Source of the DNA: Eledone cirrhosa
Taxonomy: Eukaryota
Assembly (NCBI GenBank): GCA_964016885.1
Contig: OZ024745.1
Span: 83,948,001 to 84,012,000 of the forward strand
Direction: 5' to 3'
DNA length: 64,000 nucleotides
This document shows positions 57,036-64,000 of this stretch, in pieces (positions within the stretch are counted from its first letter, which is position 1; the number at the start of each line of letters is the position of its first letter). The notes under the pieces are model-generated. The model was not told where the DNA came from. It worked only from the letters and a program-made list of their open reading frames with translations, and searched no databases. The position numbers were made by a program, and so were the translations under genes.

Positions 57036-59187
57036 CCCTAAGGGATCGGAAGCTTCTCTCTTGTCTCCGATACTGAGTTTTCTTAATAGTTATAAATCTC
57101 AATAACCTTTTTTACATGAAGGTAAATAAGTGTCTAATGTTGCTACTGCACACAGATTAATGCATTAAAGTCTCCAATAGATCCCCTTTCCTATATGAGT
57201 AGAAGTGTTGTCTCTGACACTCCCAACTATTTCAAACTTGGAACAAACTGTAACACATCTCTCCTAATAATGCGTGGCATCCTGGAATTAACAATACCGT
57301 CGAGTTTATCCTTGCCTTGTAAGTGAAACTAGATTGATGGAATATTTTTCTAAGCCCATCAAATAGACTTTACCTGTAGTTCAAAGGACCAGCCTTGTTA
57401 CACACACTTTCACGCTGAATATCACCATGAATTTCGCTGACAACACGTATCGGAATACTCAGTCGTTTACCATATGTATTTATGTAATGATAGGAAGTGA
57501 ATTAACAATTCTAAATAACAAAGCTTGGTGCTATTAATTCGTGGAAAACATTTGAAAACTAACAATCGATGCAACAGTTTTAGGACCTTGTTTCGCTATA
57601 TATAACATATCTGAATAAAAAGTAGTTAAATTCAATTTCTTACTGAATGAAAAGAAATCTTTATTTTCAATGACGTTAGAATCCACTGGAGTTCAAAATA
57701 GATGTGGTATATGTTAACAGTATCAGATTAGATCCATAATAGTTGGTATTGCTTGTTTCAATTTTATGCCACAGACAGGAAGTGTACATTTTTGTAAAGA
57801 AACATGAAATAGACATTTTCCTCATGGACGTTGATGACATCTTTTGTTGATGAACGATTGTTTCTGATGTAACTAATTTCTAAATGTATTGCTTCTTTCA
57901 TTCAAGAACAAAGTTAGTGTGCTATGCTCGTATCTTATATATTTCTATGCCTTAAGGATGTAAGTGAAATGTATTGTTACTATTTCAATTCGAAATACAG
58001 CTGACATATTCGGTATGCATTCATCACATCGCTGTTTTTGAAATATTGATAAATAGAATAGCGTATGGTATCTAGATATATTTGTATTTTGATACTGTAA
58101 AACGAGCAAAACTAGGTAATGGATAAATATCCGTGTAAGTCTTTTATAGTCGGCGAATTGACAGAGTCTTTAGAACGTCAGATAGAACCCTTTGTGGTAT
58201 TCGTCCTCTCTCGGTAAAAGCACTACTCGGTAAAATACTAAAAGTCTAGTACTGGGATCGATTCTTCCTCTATATCTCTTTCTCCCTCCCTCTCTGTCAC
58301 TTTCTATCCTTGTCTGGAAGAAATCTGCTGTAGTCAGGCATGGAGAGGGATGGGCTCCGCCATGTTGAAAATGCCTAAGAAACGTGGTATCTTACTACGG
58401 CGTCCCTACGTCCCCACCAGGAGTTACAGTATAGAAACAAGAACAAAAAATCATTTTACATTTCTATTAAAGTATTCTTCCTTCACTATAGACATAGAGT
58501 TTACAGAAACAAAGTAACAAAATTTAGTTTGCTCCAGTACATTTCTTTATGGAGATTTCTTTTATATATCTTAGATGAGTCAACTAAATTGTGTTTATAT
58601 ATATATTCTAACTACAACAAATCTTGCAATATATTCCAGTTTTTCTGTTATAATTGTTTGAAGCCTGTTTCAATTACAATATAATTAATTTGTAAAATCA
58701 ATGAGAACTTACTTTGTGAATTGAACCATCAGTGAGGTTTGCTTTAAAACAGAAATCAATACGTAAGGCTGACCTTTCGTTGAATTTAGATAATTCACAT
58801 TCACATGTCCATCAGAATTTTCACACTCAATGACATACATAGACATTGTTGTATTTGTATTTTTAAGTGATTCATTGGAAGTATATTCTGGCCGAAAAGT
58901 TTTCGTTTGTATCCTGTTCGGGGACCTAGAGTATTCCCTCAACAGACATTAAAATCTCTAATAATCTGTGAATTTGAAATATGGTGGGAATCTGCTTGAA
59001 AGCCTCAGGCCACAGACTACCACAGATATCATAAAAGTCTGTGGAGGTGGGAAATAGCATCCCCTACACTCCATTACGTACCCGTTTGTCATACTTCTGT
59101 ATGTCGTTGCTTGCCTGCTGTAGCCACATCAAAGCGACGGTGAAAACACTGAATTTGGGAGAGGAGTGCTTATTATTAGAACTACCA

Positions 59188-59376
59188 GGTGGATTGGCAG
59201 TGTGGGTAGAACGTCAGACACCATGCTTTGCAGAATAGAGTTATGGCCCTTTATGTTCCGAGTTCAAATCCTGCCGAAGTTGACTTTGCCTTCCATCCTT
59301 ACGGGGTCGATAAAATAAAGCACCAGTAATGTACTGAGGTAATTGCTGGCCTTGTGCCAAAAGTAGAAACAATTAT
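59188..59376 (+). mobile_element. tRNA-derived SINE
   Basis: Same family; flanked by TTATTAGAACTACC / TTATTAGAACCACC (TSD-like). Confidence 0.85.
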
Positions 59377-59903
59377 TAGAACCACCTAGCAACTTCAAAA
59401 CAGGGTCTTGGTGAAAGTGGGATGTCAAACAACAACCTCCCCGTCAACTTGTCTACCAGCATACTGCTAACGCCCACTTGATTTCATACAGAAGCAGGCC
59501 ATTGAAATAACAACACCAGCATTTTAGTCTGTTCCGTGTCGCTACTTTATTAGTTGATCACATATCGCCTGATGAAGGGAAGAGATGAATTGCACTATCG
59601 TGCCACCTTGCAACAGAAATATATACCATTACTATTGTGTAATTAAAGATAATATAAAATTTCGATTTCGCCTTCATGTTGTCTCATTGTTATATATATA
59701 TATATATATATGCGTGTGTGGGTGTGTGCATGTGCGTGCGTGTATTTATATATATATATATAAATTTAAAAAGCAGAGTTAAATACTCATATTAATCCCC
59801 TATAATTTAATGAGCTTAAGGAATAGACTCCGGGATCTTTATAAATCAACATATAGAAATACACTTATCTCTATGTGTACTTCTCTCTATATGTTGATTT
59901 ATA

Positions 59904-59934
<31 letters not shown>

Positions 59935-60019
59935 CAACGTATACACATATATATATATATATATACATGTGTGTGTGTGTGTCTGTTTGATAGGATGATA
60001 CTTCTCACAAACCTATAAT

Positions 60020-60627
60020 AATTATTTCTAATCGAGGCCCAAGGCCTGCAATTTGTAGGAAGGACGAATTCAATCATATCGACTCCGGAAGGATTAGATG
60101 GAATATTAATCTCGGTGAGATTTGAAATCAAAATATAAAAAGCAGGAACAATTACCAAAAAGCATTTACCCAACGCTCAAACGGTTCTGCTTATCCAGCG
60201 CCCTTATAATAAATACTTCTACATTTGGCACAAGGCCAGCAATTTGAAAGGAAGTAGAAAATCGATTATTCCAGAGCATTACTGTACTTATTTTATCGAC
60301 CCCATAAGGATGAAAGGCAAAGCTAACCTCGGCGGGATTTGAACTCAGACCATAAAGGGCCGTAACTTTTTGCTGCAAAGCATGGCGTCTGACCTTCTAC
60401 CTATACGGCCAATTCACCGATTTATGTCAAGGTCATTAATTTTGAGGGAACGGAAAGTCGACTAAATCGCCCACAGTGCGTAACTTGTACATTATTTTAT
60501 CGATCCCTGTCAGGATTAAAAGTAAAGCTAACCTCGTCGGGATTTGCAATCAGAACGCAAATGGCTGTAACTCTGTGCTGCGAAGCATGATGTCCGACGC
60601 TCTACCGATACTACCAATTCCACCGCC
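60020..60627 (-). mobile_element. Three tandem same-orientation SINE copies (~60020-60200, 60215-60420, 60430-60627)
   Basis: Repeated GGATGAAAGGCAAAG.TAACCTCG.CGGGATTTG motifs with differing decay. Confidence 0.75.
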
Positions 60628-62755
60628 TGTTTTACTTTTAAAGACCAAACCAAGGTATTTTGTTAATTTAATTTTAGTTAGAAACAGTTTGTCCAGGGAA
60701 AAGGGGAGTGGCAAGCAAGAAATAGATTTGCATCCCTAAACAACAAAACTGGATGTGAACACGTGATTGATATCCTTTGTTGTGATACAGAGCCCTATCT
60801 TCACGATAGATTTACGTATACAAGAGGAAAAATCAACATGTAGATGTATTTGAATGTGGGCCTAGTTTTTTTTTATATTCACAAAAGGTTTATTTCTATG
60901 CAGATAAAATTCCGTTTTAAAGCTAATATAACAAGTGCTCATATTTTATGTCAAACTTAAATATGTATGTTCAACAACATACACTCACACACAAACTCAC
61001 ACACGTATACTCACATACTCACACACACACACACATATTTACACGCTAACGTATACACACATACAAATATACAAAAAGCATATAGACAAACGTACATATA
61101 TACATAAGTGTATGTCTAAATGAGATCTCTCACGAAAGTCATTCGGACATACACGTAATATTCGCATACATAGACACACACACGCGCTTATACAGACATA
61201 CCCATTCATAAATATATAGACACTTACGTGCACATACATGCACACAGAAAAACAGAAAAGCATTCTCATACACACATTCAAACAGTACAAAAAATCACAA
61301 ACATACACGTAGAGACACATATACAAACACTCATACATAAACATAAATCCAATCATACACATTACACGCACGCCTACACTAAACAGACTACACAAAAACA
61401 CACCTAAACATACACACACACGTACGAATGGAAGGAAATATGGGTGGCGTGTTGGTGTAATGGTGACACATTGGTCCGGCAAACCATAGATGTCGGTTCG
61501 TGACCCATGAACGTCAATACTCGTCCCTTTTTCCATTCAGAAGGTGTTTTTTTAAGTCCCAACTAACAGACTAAATCTATTTGGTCAAATACGGCGTAAG
61601 CGCATGTTGCTGCCTTATTTTCAGATTCACTGGCCGTTTCTAAACAAAGCCTGCTTTATGTCTCCTTGTTTGTGTACACACATATATATATATATATATA
61701 AACTATATGTCGACATAGAAAGAACTTATAATGTATTCAACAAAATATAGGATGCAAGTGCAAGATATTGAAAGTCAGACAGGAATTGAAAATCTGTTGA
61801 CTATGTATTGCCAAAAATATAACTAATTCTTATAATTCTTAATAAACGCTTTGACTGTTTAATTGTTACATCAAATCTTTAATAAGTCAGGACACTGCGC
61901 GAGTTTTTTGTTAAATTGTATAACGATACATCACTACATGGCTGAATGAATTGAGCAACTGGGATTGAAGATTGTCGTGATTCTTTTGTTGTTTAGTTTT
62001 AGGTCCCACCTGATTGAACAAATCTAAGATAAAAATCCGCAAACATCCTCTTTATTGATATGTAGGACTATGTTATCAAATGTTTTCCCAGCATAGATCC
62101 TCCATCTTTGGAAAGTGAAACATTGATTATTGCTGTTCTTTAGTTTCGATCGAACAAACATAAGATTCTTGTCTTGACACTACTGTCTATTTTAGTCAGA
62201 TTGTGTCCAGTACTATATTATCCAAAGTGACTTCCTTGTTTTATAACGTGATTGGTGAGAGGTTTTGCTACAAGCCAAACAACATAGAGTTGGCCTCGTT
62301 TGCTCATGTAAGATAGGAGAAGTATAAAGGTGGGTAACTCTTGTAGGAGGTCCAATTTAGAAATAATCAAAATCTTTAATGGCGTTAATGATTGAAGCAT
62401 TGTTTTCAGCCAACTTCTCAAGAAGGGAGCATTATTGATATACTATGTACGAGAGTAATTCTTTGATAAATGTAATTGTACAGAAGACGTGTACGTGGTC
62501 ACTGAAAATATGAGAGGTTCACAATAATAAATGAGGTCAGTGTCCACCATAGTTTCTAATGGTTCTGGCAAGTTATAAACAAGAGCAATATATTGGTAGT
62601 TAGCAGTGTCGAAGTGATTGTTCTTCCTAAAAATAGACCATGGGCATCAAGTGTTTCGGTAGGTTGAGAAAGATTCCCATACGTGGGAGTATGATTTAGA
62701 TTTGCGATGAAGATATCTGTTAGCTCAGTAGAGAAGCATTTGGGAATGAGAGACC

Positions 62756-62757
<2 letters not shown>

Positions 62758-62851
<94 letters not shown>

Positions 62852-62950
62852 GTTTGTTTGTGTGTGTGTTTGTTTGTTTGTGTGTGTGTTTGTGTGTGTA
62901 TTTGTGCGTCTGTGTGTAAGTGACAGTGTGTGTGCTGTGTGTGTGTGTAC
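62758..62950. repeat. (TG)n microsatellite
   Basis: Direct inspection. Confidence 0.97.
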
Positions 62951-63099
62951 GTTTAGTGTCACTGAATTCTCTGAATGTGACGGGAATCATTAGTCAATGT
63001 TAAAGGAATATTTGATTTGATTTTATCATGAACTCTCTGTAGTGAGATATTTGTTGAGGTGGACGACTGGAGTAGCTGGTGAGGTATAAAGAACAGGAT

Positions 63100-63350
<251 letters not shown>

Positions 63351-63734
63351 GAGAGATACAAGTAGGCAGGCAGTTAAACAGTCAGGTAGGTAGTTTGGTA
63401 AATAACACAAGATAAGAGAGAAAGAGAGAATCAAACATCCATTTAGAAGTAAGAATAAGAAGACATAATAGAGGGAAAGAGAGTGAGAGGGGAGGAAGAG
63501 AAATAGGATAGAAGCGAAAGCTGCGATCAAGACATCTGTGGTTTCTATGTACAAAGTTGTTCAAATAATGTTACTTGGTTTAATATATCTGTCTATTAGA
63601 CGTTCATTAATCATATTATTTGCGTTTCTACTTAACTCAGAAGACTGACATCAATGTAATGATTATAATTCAACACTAGTCGTGTGGCTTCTACTGCATG
63701 TCTCTGTCTAACTGTTGGTCAGTATCTCCCTCCC

Positions 63735-63831
<97 letters not shown>

Positions 63832-64000
63832 TAATTTCAGCGAGAATCACATTTCGGCGGGTAGAAAAACCGAAAAGTAACCAAATATATATATATATAT
63901 ATATATATACAAATATAAATTAGCGAGAATCGTATTTCGGCTTAGGAATTAACGAAAAACAACTTCCGAGATGTGTGGCAAGCGCTCAATGATTCAGATG

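Noticed and set aside
59565-59630. CTGATGA-AGGG..CCTT-GCAAC as a hammerhead
   Set aside because: GAAA is altered and no convincing stem I or III was found.
62215-62720. Coding-like segment on the minus strand
   Set aside because: Multiple stops and no motif I can identify; possibly an old LINE fragment.

Overview
AT-rich animal DNA dense in (TA)n, (CA)n and (CT)n microsatellites, with no host gene I can support. The SINE types and repeat landscape suggest a cephalopod such as Octopus (inference only). Most ORF-track entries are microsatellite artefacts. The real coding remnants are retrotransposons: five Penelope-like elements (PLEs; RT and/or GIY-YIG) from about three clades, plus degenerate RTE, L1/Tx1, CR1-like and possibly BEL/Pao fragments and many tRNA-derived SINEs. 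The main signal is RNA-structural. By manual reading I count about 35 intact or variant type-I hammerhead ribozyme (HHR) motifs from roughly 14 unrelated repeat families, almost all inserted in (TA)n. Some lie in PLE pseudo-LTRs. Many lie in non-coding tandem units of ~314-610 bp that look like non-autonomous retrozymes, including a 4.45 kb head-to-head array (28945-33395) with 8 identical HHRs. Several palindromes fold back exactly within an HHR. All structures were assigned by eye; catalytic activity is untested.
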